This document shows, in pieces, positions 10,701 to 19,529 of a stretch of 64,000 bases of DNA; the stretch's first letter is position 1; each line of letters starts with the position of its first letter. Position numbers and translations under genes: made by a program. The notes beneath the pieces are model-generated. The model had not been told where the DNA came from. It ran no database searches and saw nothing but the letters and a program-made list of their open reading frames with translations. The stretch covers positions 75,185 through 139,184 of the forward strand of contig CAJIYT010000004.1 of NCBI GenBank assembly GCA_905181715.1, in the 5' to 3' direction. The DNA is from an uncultured Candidatus Poseidoniales archaeon (GTDB taxonomy: Archaea; Thermoplasmatota; Poseidoniia; Poseidoniales; Poseidoniaceae).

Positions 10701-10834
10701 AACGCGCCGCTCTTGAAGAGGAGTTAGCACGACTCGATGCGAGGTGGCAAAACAGGCTGGAACCTGAGGAAAGAGGCACAAGTAATGTCGCTCTATCAAG
10801 CCTTGAAGCTGATTTAGTCGATATCGATTTGTGA
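7703..10834 (+). CDS. large multidomain protein: internal Roadblock/LC7-like domain, possible PATAN/DUF4388-like segment, ~290-aa coiled coil, helical C-terminal domain and acidic tail
   Basis: 1043 aa. Residues ~120-233 (EVRGALAADQGMLVDSTGELPG...LLLAEAGDLALAVWTE) look like Roadblock. Residues ~415-700 are charged and heptad-like (E/R/A/L/S). The C-terminus is very acidic. Confidence 0.6.
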   Translation: MFDLPFGIPVKEEINPQSDTIMPFDHGVITTFLGRRKTPTGHRLVRSGRIIGWLAEAEKGKFLLCADEARLRLEKIESEQHRLIAKSWTLQGLGLVAELVPEAFEHAADKQGLTASGDVLERLLSRDISMILELLSQRDEVRGALAADQGMLVDSTGELPGDGDELATQIGKTLADRAAMAANLGIGEAGHWTLHTEESSLLLAEAGDLALAVWTEAAVDHSRLINAVSALLDGKIGALSANDGLLPLGFVLREGKSGTDAVLSMLADACKEEVTGHLMSGKSEKATQLALVRGVPVAIRAAPGHSLNDALDDLTEPRRVLELHRLPLGTILSAESGNVSGFTLQSFCEGLSTIRTRTESRQELIRRKLDTILGFEIGIEKLKMDRANVQFDIEVSAISSGIDAETVMAIDSGLRRSVEKAEHKVSNLEQEISALNVKLTGAEKARLAAKVSADEANNQSAELQQTVEFANSKLDTTQIDLSEAKAISEDSAARAERLSKRVNELEHQLSTRAVELARVLGDAKASAELAIQIEEMATKEATLSADIDTFSSRLTEMRDLGDNEERRLRMLNDQVEASRDRQRRAQAELIELETRINSSDLHLKSLEAESRIAVDRAEDSRSRISQDESRRDNLNSELRELMDERRNVLREIGDLGARRGQAEAKLSVLIDQAEALADAHEDALEDINEAEKIRARLSEEPLAQALLDDEGTFEALGPILDRLEHARTLGYSVSLLDRAVERSLQVIQQTVDHVAKTPRHLLSNEVMDLLERQVPTTAGAVRGLARWSVQQKLEHQLGDTVNHLILDLENLLEDHDRAITMLRRIRGVLEQLEGLGAPSEQIEALKANCRRPESLPHLAKETRKLIRIALDDIHLESDLRDAGSAVKLEATTLALEELITQLDATGLTEGVPKGALWDFQRDGHLPFETGSVPAGKRLAVSEDSLEEMDGELIDQEAAIQIEDEDIPVEWVALEAPVDVDEPKIEFTATPTPLRNSDHDERAALEEELARLDARWQNRLEPEERGTSNVALSSLEADLVDIDL

Positions 10835-10843
10835 GGGATTATC

Positions 10844-11050
10844 GTGCGGGTCTATCCACTTTGGATTGAGAAGATTGTTTTCATTTTACTAGCTACGGCT
10901 GGTGTCTGGGGTCTTTGGACTCAAAGTGACCTCATAGGATACCAATTATGGCTCAGCCTCTGTTGTGGCTTACCATTCTTCGGACTGATAATTACTGAAG
11001 CGGTTGGAAGAATGGTACAATTAGTCCACGTTTCAAGAACGGTTAAGTGA
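10844..11050 (+). CDS. small two-TM membrane protein (hypothetical)
   Basis: 68-aa ORF with a GTG start, 10 nt after the stop of the coiled-coil gene. It has two hydrophobic helices. The 3' end overlaps the convergent gene. Confidence 0.35.
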   Translation: MRVYPLWIEKIVFILLATAGVWGLWTQSDLIGYQLWLSLCCGLPFFGLIITEAVGRMVQLVHVSRTVK

Positions 11051-12190
11051 AGTCTCGATTAGACCCCACAGTCTTTGCCAAGGTACGAAGAAACGTAAAA
11101 CCGCCATTAAACCTAAGAAGAGCAGGGCTGAAATCACTAGTCCATAGGTCAATGTTAATTCAATAGATTCAGAAACCTGTGCTGCCCATTGACTTCCGGT
11201 CACTCCCTCTACAAACTCTAACAATACCGAGTGGAAGCCTAAAGCTACCATCGTGCTGAGTGTAGTTATAGTTAGGAATATCACAGTATGACGGAGATGG
11301 CCATTAAGGACATTATCTACCTGCTTTACATATTCTGGGTCTCTTTTACATGATTCTGGCAAACGGAAAGCATATTCCAATTGACGAATTACTCCAAATG
11401 CTGATTCCTGGAAGATCATGATTAAACAAGCTATCATTATGAGTGAAAACTGTTGTTCGGTTACAAGGTTCATACCTAAGAAACCGACAGTTGGTGCCCC
11501 GACCAATACATCTAGAGTCGCTAATTTATCGCCATATCCACCCAACTGCGCCTTGACAACTGGGAAGGAAAGTATTGCATGGATAGCGAGGAAAAGTAGA
11601 ACGAAGCCGATACACCAGGCAACTCCTTTTCTTGAGAGACCCCATATACCGCGAGTACCCATTATCACAGGCAATAGGTAGAACATGAGAATAACCATCG
11701 AGAGAATCATCAGCAATGGCCATTCAAGTGTGCCTAGAGCACTATCATCAGGAATTGTCCACCCCTCATCCCATAATTGCCATATATAACTCATTACGAA
11801 CCTTCCAGCGAGAATTAAAATCAAACCTATTACGAAACCGAGTTTAATCTTCTGTTGACGTTTTGGCGGTTGGAATGCGAGAAGTGACATCCCTCCTCCT
11901 ATGGTGAGGCCTACGCCGATTGGAACGTAATAGCTGGCAACCCCTTCTTGGTCAAGTCCGGTTAACCAATCACCAACCGGTAATTTCGACCCAATTTCGG
12001 CTTCAAGCATCCTGAAAAGGATGGTATGATCGATACTACCGACAACATATGTGGAAACGATTTCCATATACATCCAAACAAGAGCAACGGTAGCGATAAC
12101 CTGTAGTGTGATTATTTGCCATTGTTTACGTAATGTACGTAAATGAAGGGTACGATTGCCTTCTTCTTGGGGGGAAACTTCGCCTGCCAT
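11033..12190 (-). CDS. polytopic integral membrane protein, last gene of the DUF4350-DUF58 operon
   Basis: 385 aa with many hydrophobic helices. The ATG lies 11 nt after the DUF58 stop and is preceded by a GGTGA Shine-Dalgarno-like motif. Confidence 0.6.
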   Translation of the reverse strand: MAGEVSPQEEGNRTLHLRTLRKQWQIITLQVIATVALVWMYMEIVSTYVVGSIDHTILFRMLEAEIGSKLPVGDWLTGLDQEGVASYYVPIGVGLTIGGGMSLLAFQPPKRQQKIKLGFVIGLILILAGRFVMSYIWQLWDEGWTIPDDSALGTLEWPLLMILSMVILMFYLLPVIMGTRGIWGLSRKGVAWCIGFVLLFLAIHAILSFPVVKAQLGGYGDKLATLDVLVGAPTVGFLGMNLVTEQQFSLIMIACLIMIFQESAFGVIRQLEYAFRLPESCKRDPEYVKQVDNVLNGHLRHTVIFLTITTLSTMVALGFHSVLLEFVEGVTGSQWAAQVSESIELTLTYGLVISALLFLGLMAVLRFFVPWQRLWGLIETSLNRS

Positions 12191-12201
12191 TATCTCACCA
12201 C

Positions 12202-13455
12202 CTAATATCCTCGCACCTGCAATAATGCCTGACTCAAGTCCATATCAGGCATCCAATCAATTACCTGTGACCCGAAACCTGCTAGGCTTGTCATTCGATT
12301 TTGACGTTCGATTTTGAGAACTTCATAACTCATCCTTGGAATTCGACTTACCAATCGCTCGAAATCTATACTTGAAGGGGAGAGAACGGTAACCTCGTGT
12401 CCACGTCCAACCAAGTCCCTAATCGCTGCTGGAACAGTACCATCACCTTCACAACTGGAGATGATGAAGATAGGGCTTCCACGACTGAAACGTGCTGCTA
12501 GACTATTGGTCACCGCTTGTAATGGCATTGCTCCTTTTGGTGCTACACCTGCGAGTGAACTGAGAATTTTGAAATGCTGCTTATCGCCTGTATCAGGAGG
12601 CAGATAACTGAGTTTTTCATCATAGATAATCAGTGATACCGAGTCTCTCCGTTGAAGGAAGAAATTAGCGAGGCTAGCGGCAGCAACTGTGCCCATCTCA
12701 AGAGGATTCTTGAGAACGGTACCTATTCTAGCGATATCTCGGCTATCGAGGATGATGTAGAGATCAGTTACCGCATCACGGCATTTCTCATTAATCATCA
12801 AATCACCAGTTCTAGCAAATGCTTTCCAATTAATATTCTTGAAAGGGTCGCCTGGGACATATTCCCTCAACGAATAGAACTCAGTACCTGGGCCTGGGGT
12901 CCGCAGTGTTGTCGCACCTGTGTACATCTTTGGAGTGCGAGAACGGATGAATGCCTCTTCAACATCACGAAGTTGAGGGAAGACAATCATGTCCGAGTGA
13001 TGATCGACAAACATTTCTTCGACACTGAGGTTGAAGGTGTTTCGATAGCGCAGAGAAACCGGTCCAATTGAGAAATGGCCACGTAATGGACATCGCAATA
13101 CATAGCGAATCCTCGCACTTTCGCCTGGACCTAGATTCATCTTCATTTGGTTTAATCCACTCCGTAATTTCATCTCGTGAGGGACGTTATCGTATACCTC
13201 TAGTGTCTGAGTCCTACGGCTACTGCGATTAGTTACCAGTAACTCGACATAGAGATCATCACCTTTGTAGAGGTTATCTGCTGACAAAGTTCGTTGGACC
13301 TCAACATCACCATGACCGCTAATCCATGAATTGGCGACGATAAAGGCGACAAACGAAAGGCCAAGAATCATCATTTGGTGATTGGAGATCATCATTCCAA
13401 TCAAGATTAACGATATACCTCCAGCGAAAGTGAAGGATGCCTTGCGTGTCCACAT
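12202..13455 (-). CDS. DUF58 family protein (vWA-like, normally a MoxR-associated partner)
   Basis: ~417 aa. N-terminal TM pair, then the DUF58 hallmark LREYVPGDPFKNINWKAFARTGDLMINEK, followed by a vWA-like LYIILDSRD segment. The ATG at 13455 lies 1 nt after the upstream stop. Confidence 0.8.
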   Translation of the reverse strand: MWTRKASFTFAGGISLILIGMMISNHQMMILGLSFVAFIVANSWISGHGDVEVQRTLSADNLYKGDDLYVELLVTNRSSRRTQTLEVYDNVPHEMKLRSGLNQMKMNLGPGESARIRYVLRCPLRGHFSIGPVSLRYRNTFNLSVEEMFVDHHSDMIVFPQLRDVEEAFIRSRTPKMYTGATTLRTPGPGTEFYSLREYVPGDPFKNINWKAFARTGDLMINEKCRDAVTDLYIILDSRDIARIGTVLKNPLEMGTVAAASLANFFLQRRDSVSLIIYDEKLSYLPPDTGDKQHFKILSSLAGVAPKGAMPLQAVTNSLAARFSRGSPIFIISSCEGDGTVPAAIRDLVGRGHEVTVLSPSSIDFERLVSRIPRMSYEVLKIERQNRMTSLAGFGSQVIDWMPDMDLSQALLQVRGY

Positions 13456-13456
13456 T

Positions 13457-15094
13457 TCAGACACGCCCCCATACTTTCACTCGTTTGACTATGGCAACGG
13501 TTTGCTCAAGGGTGAAATCTCTATTTTCGAAGACGAACTTCACCAAAACCGGGTCTGCTATCATCGCCTGTAATTCACGAGCGGGCATTGAATCAAATTC
13601 CTCTCTAGTCAAGCCGTTTTGATTACGAACCTTCGAGAGGAAAACCTGCTTAATCTTATTTGTTTTAGCATAATAGGAATAACGATTAGCATCGCCAAAC
13701 CCATAGTAGATAATTGAAAATACGTGACGCCAAGGGTCGGGATCTTTCTTTTTCAGCAATACACCCTCGAATAAAACGAATAAACCGATAAATAACAATA
13801 GTTTTGCTAAACCTTCACCGGTAAAATATACCAATACGAAATATAGCATGTTGTAGGTATCTGTTGCCACATTGGATTGAACGTGACGACTCTCATCGAA
13901 TATTACCATCGCTGTTGGTGATGGTTCTCCTAAAGGCATTCCAGTGACAGGGTCTAGCCCCATCAAAGCCTCTGCGATTACATCTAATGCCCATTTTCGA
14001 TTATCATTAGCCGGGATTTCCTTGGTAACTGGACCATACTTACCGGCGTTAAAGCCCTCATAATCGTAAATGGCATTTATCAGAGTTGAGCCATCGGCGA
14101 TGAAGTGAACTCTCCCTCCGGCTTCGAATGGACTACAAGTGACCGATGCGCATACCTCGATTGAAAGATTGAATTGACCCCAAAGATCGGGAGTTTTTGT
14201 GTTCGTGCTCAACTGAATCTCACCGTCTCCGTTGATGTCAATTGTAGCCTCACTACTGCTCACTGCACGTATTCCCTGAGTGATCATTGCCGAGTGTTTG
14301 CTACTTTCATCAATATCGATTGAAGTGATATTGTTCAAAAGCATTTGATAAGATGCATTGTATTCTATTACACCATCTTGGTGATGCTGGGCACATAAAC
14401 CAGCTTCATCCTTACTGATAGTGGTTCCATTCAAGGCCATTAAATCAGCCCAAACCGCACAGATGTGCCTTCCAGAGAGCGCATCGCTGCTATTCCATCG
14501 GGAATGGGACTCGATTGTTTCAGTATCTATAACCGTGCCATTCATCCCACAAGGAGAGAGTTGCATACAGGTCCAAATGTAATTGTAATCCAATTCATGG
14601 ACGTAAACCGTATCGAAAAGTTGTGCTCTCTTGAATTTGACACCGAATTTTTCAGCGATGGTGTTTGCATAGCCATAATCCTCGAATACGATTACAGTAC
14701 CTCCTTTGATTACAAATTCGACGATTGCATCTACTTCACCAGGAGAATAGCCATCCTCGCTGGCAAATGTAACTACGCTATCACCACTAAATTGTGGAAG
14801 TGAAATGGTATCTCTCTCGACTCCTGCTATTACAAAAGTGACGTTGCGAGGATCTTCGAGTTCTTCGAGAAGCAATGGGCTTGAAACCAAAGATTTGGTT
14901 TTTATCCCCATATCATTGATATCTTGTCTAAAGGCTGAAAGGTCATCCCAATCGTCATCATAGGCCGAAAGTTGATTTGGTTGGCCGATATTGACAAAAT
15001 TAACCATCAAGGTTCCAAACAGAATAATCAGAACACCCCAAAAGGCGAATTGCAGGCCAATTCGCTTAAATTTAGAATTTCCGTCTGCCGCCAC
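13457..15094 (-). CDS. membrane-anchored DUF4350-like protein
   Basis: 545 aa. N-terminal TM, a flavodoxin-like block typical of DUF4350/GldG-type proteins (NVTFVIAGVERD...GGTVIVFEDYGYAN), a C-terminal TM and a cytoplasmic tail. GTG start preceded by GGTGA. The family call is from memory. Confidence 0.5.
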   Translation of the reverse strand: MAADGNSKFKRIGLQFAFWGVLIILFGTLMVNFVNIGQPNQLSAYDDDWDDLSAFRQDINDMGIKTKSLVSSPLLLEELEDPRNVTFVIAGVERDTISLPQFSGDSVVTFASEDGYSPGEVDAIVEFVIKGGTVIVFEDYGYANTIAEKFGVKFKRAQLFDTVYVHELDYNYIWTCMQLSPCGMNGTVIDTETIESHSRWNSSDALSGRHICAVWADLMALNGTTISKDEAGLCAQHHQDGVIEYNASYQMLLNNITSIDIDESSKHSAMITQGIRAVSSSEATIDINGDGEIQLSTNTKTPDLWGQFNLSIEVCASVTCSPFEAGGRVHFIADGSTLINAIYDYEGFNAGKYGPVTKEIPANDNRKWALDVIAEALMGLDPVTGMPLGEPSPTAMVIFDESRHVQSNVATDTYNMLYFVLVYFTGEGLAKLLLFIGLFVLFEGVLLKKKDPDPWRHVFSIIYYGFGDANRYSYYAKTNKIKQVFLSKVRNQNGLTREEFDSMPARELQAMIADPVLVKFVFENRDFTLEQTVAIVKRVKVWGRV

Positions 15095-15170
15095 TCATTC
15101 ACCTCTGGTACACAATTCAGACGGGACACTCGCATTCAGGTTTAGAAGGTTCTGTGTTGTTGAATAAGAT

Positions 15171-15410
15171 TCATCGCTTCAGATGGATACGGGATGAGAT
15201 TCTTTCGACCTCGTCTGCAGGCACATTACAAACACTTTCGTTCGAAGGCCAAGGAAGCCGAGAAGGATCAAGATCATCCTCTAGTTTAACCAGTAATTCC
15301 AATATCACTCCCGATCTGATATCGATGACTATGTCATCGAGTGTTCCTAGACTATCGCCATTGGAATCGATGACCTGACGACCAATGAACTCGCGACCGA
15401 AGCTTGCCAT
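15171..15410 (-). CDS. PRC-barrel domain protein
   Basis: ~79 aa from the ATG at 15410. The ORF can extend to a GTG at 15473 that overlaps the cdc48 stop. The motif GRQVIDSNGDSLGTLDDIVIDIRSGVILELLV is typical of PRC barrels. Confidence 0.65.
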   Translation of the reverse strand: MASFGREFIGRQVIDSNGDSLGTLDDIVIDIRSGVILELLVKLEDDLDPSRLPWPSNESVCNVPADEVERISSRIHLKR

Positions 15411-15469
15411 AGTATTCCGCCAATCCTGCAATGGGAGTACGCAATGTATCAAGCAATCGGCGAATCGAC

Positions 15470-17701
15470 TCACATTGATTCCATACCACGACTGCTATCA
15501 CGGTCGCGTTTGATGTTTGAAATCCCTGAGGTTAGTCTTGCTTCCATCTTGGTATAGTATTCAAGCATTTCCGGGGTTACCGTTGGCCTGATTCGTGATA
15601 TCGCTTCTATGAAGTTTGATTTTGAAACGCTTTTCTTATTCGCCCGCATTGCTATCAATGCCGCTTCTCGACAAACAGCCTCGATGTCAGCACCGGTTAA
15701 GCCATCCATGTCGGCAAGTAAGTCCCCAGTACTGAATCTTCCTAGAGGCATTTTTTTAATGTGGATATTAAGGATTGCTTCTCTTGCCTCCTTATCAGGT
15801 GGTGGAACGTGCAATACCCGTTCAAACCGGCCACTCCGAAGTAATGCTGGGTCGATCATTTCGGGGCGATTAGTTGCTGAAATTACAATAACACCATCGA
15901 ATGACTCAACCCCGTCCATGCTCGCCAATAATTGATTAACCACACGATTGGATACGTCGGAGCCCTCATTTGATGATGAACTCGCCCTCATGCTGGCTAT
16001 CGACTCGAATTCATCAAGAAAAATTATTGAAGGCGAAGATTGTTTTGCCTTCTTGAATATCTCACGGATCGCTCGCTCAGATTCACCGACCCATTTGCTG
16101 ATTAACTCAGGGCCCTTTATCGAGATGAAATTAGCCTTTGCCTCTGTAGCTACCGCTTTTGCAAGCAAAGTCTTTCCAGTTCCAGGGGCACCGAATAGGA
16201 CGATTCCCCGTGGTGGCTTTATGCCGAAATGCTTGAACTTCTCAGGTTGGGTAAGCGGCCATTCGACGCTTTCCTTCAATCGTTCCTTGATTTCGGTTAA
16301 ACCGCCTACGCTATCCCAACTTACATTTGGAATCTCGACGTAAATCTCACGAAGTGCACTGGGCTCAATCTCTTTGATAGCGAATTTGAAATCATCCATT
16401 GTGACTTCCATCTTCTCAAGAACCTCCGGTGGAACCGTATCCTCTTCAAGATCTATTTCCGGCAGGTAGCGGCGCAGTGCTTTCATTGCACTCTCACGTA
16501 CCAGTGCCGCTAGGTCAGCCCCAACGAAACCATACGTATGCTCCAATACCCACTCGATATCGAAATCGTCGGATATTGGCATCTGCCTAGTATGAACATC
16601 CATTATTTCCTTGCGTCCTTCACGGTCGGGGACGCCAATCTCAATCTCTCTATCGAACCGACCTGGTCTACGTAATGCAGGATCGAGAGCATCACGGCGA
16701 TTGGTTGCACCAATTACGATAACATTGTCTCTACCTTGCATTCCGTCCATCAAGGTGAGCATCTGTGCTACTACTCTGCGTTCTACTTCGCCAGATACTT
16801 CTTCACGTTTTGGACAAATAGAATCGATTTCATCGATAAAGATAATCGCTGGAGCATTTTTTGCTGCTTCATCGAAAATCTCACGCAATTGCTTTTCAGA
16901 TTCGCCATAATATTTTGAGATAATCTCTGGGCCATTGATAGAGGTGAAATGTGCATTTGTTTCAGTGGCTACCGCTTTGGCAATCATGGTTTTCCCGGTC
17001 CCGGGTGAACCGTGCAATAATACACCCTTTGGTGGGTCTATTCCTAAGCGCCTGAATAATTCAGGGTGTTTAAGTGGTAATTCAATCATTTCACGAACTT
17101 TGAGCAATTGGGTACCAATGCCACCTATATCCTCGTAGGTTATTCCTTGGGATTGGCCAACATCCTCTTCATCAACCGCTTCGTCTTTGATGACGATATC
17201 GGTGTCGTTATCAACTTGAACGATTCCTTTTGGAGTGGTCTTCAACACGGCAAATGGTAATGCTTCAGCAAAGAGGGTCATTCCCGGAATGAAAATACGA
17301 TCGCCAACTACAACTGGGCGTTTGTTCAAACCGCGGCGAGCGAAACCCTCGATGCCTGGCCCAAACTTGACTTTTTGACGATCTGCCATTACAGGAGAAA
17401 GGACTAGTTTAGTGCAAGCCTTTGCTTCAACTTTGGATACAGTTACTTTATCTCCGAGGGAAACACCTGCATTTTTACGGATTATTCCATCAATTCTAAT
17501 AATTCCAAGTTTTGCATCTTCTGGCCGGCTGCGCCAATAGATTGCTGCTGTGGACTCGTTTTCACCCTTGATTTCAATGATATCGCCGGGCTTGAGATCT
17601 AGGTTATTACCACCACTGATTCTAGCCCTTCCATGACCTACATCAGAGGGGATTGCCTTGGCTACACGTAGAGAAATTGCAGTACTGTCATCATCGCCCA
17701 T
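15470..17701 (-). CDS. cdc48: AAA+ ATPase Cdc48/VCP/p97 (CdcA) homolog
   Basis: 743 aa. Has an N-domain (double-psi barrel region) and two AAA modules with Walker A motifs GSPGTGKT and GAPGTGKT, Walker [17 protein letters not shown], and second-region-of-homology motifs. Confidence 0.95.
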   Translation of the reverse strand: MGDDDSTAISLRVAKAIPSDVGHGRARISGGNNLDLKPGDIIEIKGENESTAAIYWRSRPEDAKLGIIRIDGIIRKNAGVSLGDKVTVSKVEAKACTKLVLSPVMADRQKVKFGPGIEGFARRGLNKRPVVVGDRIFIPGMTLFAEALPFAVLKTTPKGIVQVDNDTDIVIKDEAVDEEDVGQSQGITYEDIGGIGTQLLKVREMIELPLKHPELFRRLGIDPPKGVLLHGSPGTGKTMIAKAVATETNAHFTSINGPEIISKYYGESEKQLREIFDEAAKNAPAIIFIDEIDSICPKREEVSGEVERRVVAQMLTLMDGMQGRDNVIVIGATNRRDALDPALRRPGRFDREIEIGVPDREGRKEIMDVHTRQMPISDDFDIEWVLEHTYGFVGADLAALVRESAMKALRRYLPEIDLEEDTVPPEVLEKMEVTMDDFKFAIKEIEPSALREIYVEIPNVSWDSVGGLTEIKERLKESVEWPLTQPEKFKHFGIKPPRGIVLFGAPGTGKTLLAKAVATEAKANFISIKGPELISKWVGESERAIREIFKKAKQSSPSIIFLDEFESIASMRASSSSNEGSDVSNRVVNQLLASMDGVESFDGVIVISATNRPEMIDPALLRSGRFERVLHVPPPDKEAREAILNIHIKKMPLGRFSTGDLLADMDGLTGADIEAVCREAALIAMRANKKSVSKSNFIEAISRIRPTVTPEMLEYYTKMEARLTSGISNIKRDRDSSRGMESM

Positions 17702-17804
17702 GTCGGACCACCAATACCTCTCAGCATCAGGACTGCTATGAACCCTTCATTCTCCAGTAGTGAGTGAGCGGTGGATTGATGAGAAGAAGGTGGCACGATG
17801 ATAC

Positions 17805-19433
17805 ATGGCTCACGTATTGGAAACGGGATTGGAACAACTCGCAGCAGAAAACCCAGATGGGCTGCCAAAGATAAGAGGATACAATATCATCAATGGACAA
17901 TTAACACTTGCCGGTGAAGGTGAAACTTTCATATCTCGCAACCCTGCATTACTCGTCGACGAATTAGGAGAGTTCCCTCTTTCGACTCGTGATGATGTTC
18001 ACGAAGCAATCGCTGCTGCCCGAGAGGCACTGGCCGGTTGGTCTGCAACACCTGCTCCGACACGTGGCCAAATCATCGGTAACATGGGACGCTTACTGAT
18101 GGAGCACAAGGATGCAATCGTCGCCTTAGAAACCCGTGAAATAGGTAAGACACTCAAAGAATCTGCTGGATCTGTTCAAGAAGCAATCGATACCTGTCTT
18201 TTCTTCCAATCCGAGGGACGTCGCCTATATGGTCAAACCGTCAATTCGGAATTGCCCGATAAAGAATTGTCAACTTACCGCAGACCCCTCGGTGTCTGTG
18301 GAATTATTAATGCCTGTAATTTCCCAGCAGCAGTGCCTTTCTGGAAGATGATTCCAGCACTGATCTGTGGGAATACCTGTGTCTGGAAATCACCGCAAGA
18401 TGCACCACTACTATCATTCGCTTTAGCACGAATCATGCATGAAGCTGGACTACCCGACGGAGTGGTAAACCTTGTACATGGCAAAGGCAGTGGCGCTGGA
18501 CAATATCTTATCGATGCAGTCGATGAGGGATTAATCAACAAAATCTCTTTCACCGGCAGCACCGCTGTCGGCAAGATGATTGGCGAGGTCTGTGGACGAA
18601 ACCTAGTTTCTTGTAGTCTCGAATTGGGCGGTAAGAATCCAATGGTAGTCATGCCTAGTTCCGATATGGAAAATGCTGTTGAAGGCGCATATTGGGGGGC
18701 CTTTGGCACTGCTGGGCAACGTTGTACCAGTCTTGGAAACCTGATTATTCACGAGGATATTTACGATGAATTCCTCGTCAAATTCATGGACAAGGTCAAG
18801 AGCACACGCATCGGTGATTCAGCGCGTACCGAAAACGTTCTCTATGGCCCAATGCTATCACAAAAGTATGCAGGAGATTTCCTAGAAGCCATAAAGATCT
18901 GTGAAACCGATGGTGCTACACATCTCTATGGCAAGGGTCGTATTGAGAATGGAAATGCACCTGACCATTTCGTTGGAAATGCAGAGGATGGAGTCTACAT
19001 GTGGCCGCACGTCTTTACAGATGTCACCGAAGATATGAACTGCTTCCATGAGGAGCTTTTCGGCCCTGCGGTTACTATCGTTAAGGCTAAAGATTTCGAT
19101 CACGCACTTCATCTGGCTAACGCCAGCCCATACGGACTATCATCAGCAATTTACACCAATGATAGACTTGAGGCATATCGTTACAAGATTGGTATCAAAG
19201 CAGGAATGACTGGCATCAACAACTCGACTAGTGGGGCTGAGGCTCATCTGCCATTCGGTGGAGTAAAGGGTAGCGGCAACGGCAGTAGAGAATCTGGGAT
19301 CTGGGTTATCGAATCCTATTCCTATTGGCACGCTGTTAACGACGAACTCTCGGGCAAGCTGCAGTTAGCCCAAATGGACGTCGATGAGATAGAGATGGCA
19401 GAGGCTGAAGTCGATTATTCCACTCTTGCCTGA
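17805..19433 (+). CDS. NAD(P)-dependent aldehyde dehydrogenase family protein
   Basis: 542 aa. Carries the ALDH signatures ELGGKNP and catalytic-Cys motif FGTAGQRCTS, plus a GSTAVG nucleotide motif. I did not resolve the substrate. Confidence 0.85.
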   Translation: MAHVLETGLEQLAAENPDGLPKIRGYNIINGQLTLAGEGETFISRNPALLVDELGEFPLSTRDDVHEAIAAAREALAGWSATPAPTRGQIIGNMGRLLMEHKDAIVALETREIGKTLKESAGSVQEAIDTCLFFQSEGRRLYGQTVNSELPDKELSTYRRPLGVCGIINACNFPAAVPFWKMIPALICGNTCVWKSPQDAPLLSFALARIMHEAGLPDGVVNLVHGKGSGAGQYLIDAVDEGLINKISFTGSTAVGKMIGEVCGRNLVSCSLELGGKNPMVVMPSSDMENAVEGAYWGAFGTAGQRCTSLGNLIIHEDIYDEFLVKFMDKVKSTRIGDSARTENVLYGPMLSQKYAGDFLEAIKICETDGATHLYGKGRIENGNAPDHFVGNAEDGVYMWPHVFTDVTEDMNCFHEELFGPAVTIVKAKDFDHALHLANASPYGLSSAIYTNDRLEAYRYKIGIKAGMTGINNSTSGAEAHLPFGGVKGSGNGSRESGIWVIESYSYWHAVNDELSGKLQLAQMDVDEIEMAEAEVDYSTLA

Positions 19434-19529
19434 TAATACAATTCGATAGTGTGAAGACTTAGGCATGAAAGGTGTCTGGGTTAGTATCAAGTGCCCAACG
19501 CCCTCGCCACTAACAAGAGGGTAAATTCC

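Noticed and set aside
15609-17138. Several 60-130-aa plus-strand ORFs (15609-15935, 15948-16343, 16611-16910, 16736-16918, 16935-17138) lying inside the cdc48 region
   Set aside because: They are antisense to a 743-aa gene with unmistakable AAA+ motifs. Their translations are low-complexity (Ser/Pro/Arg-rich), as expected for shadow frames.
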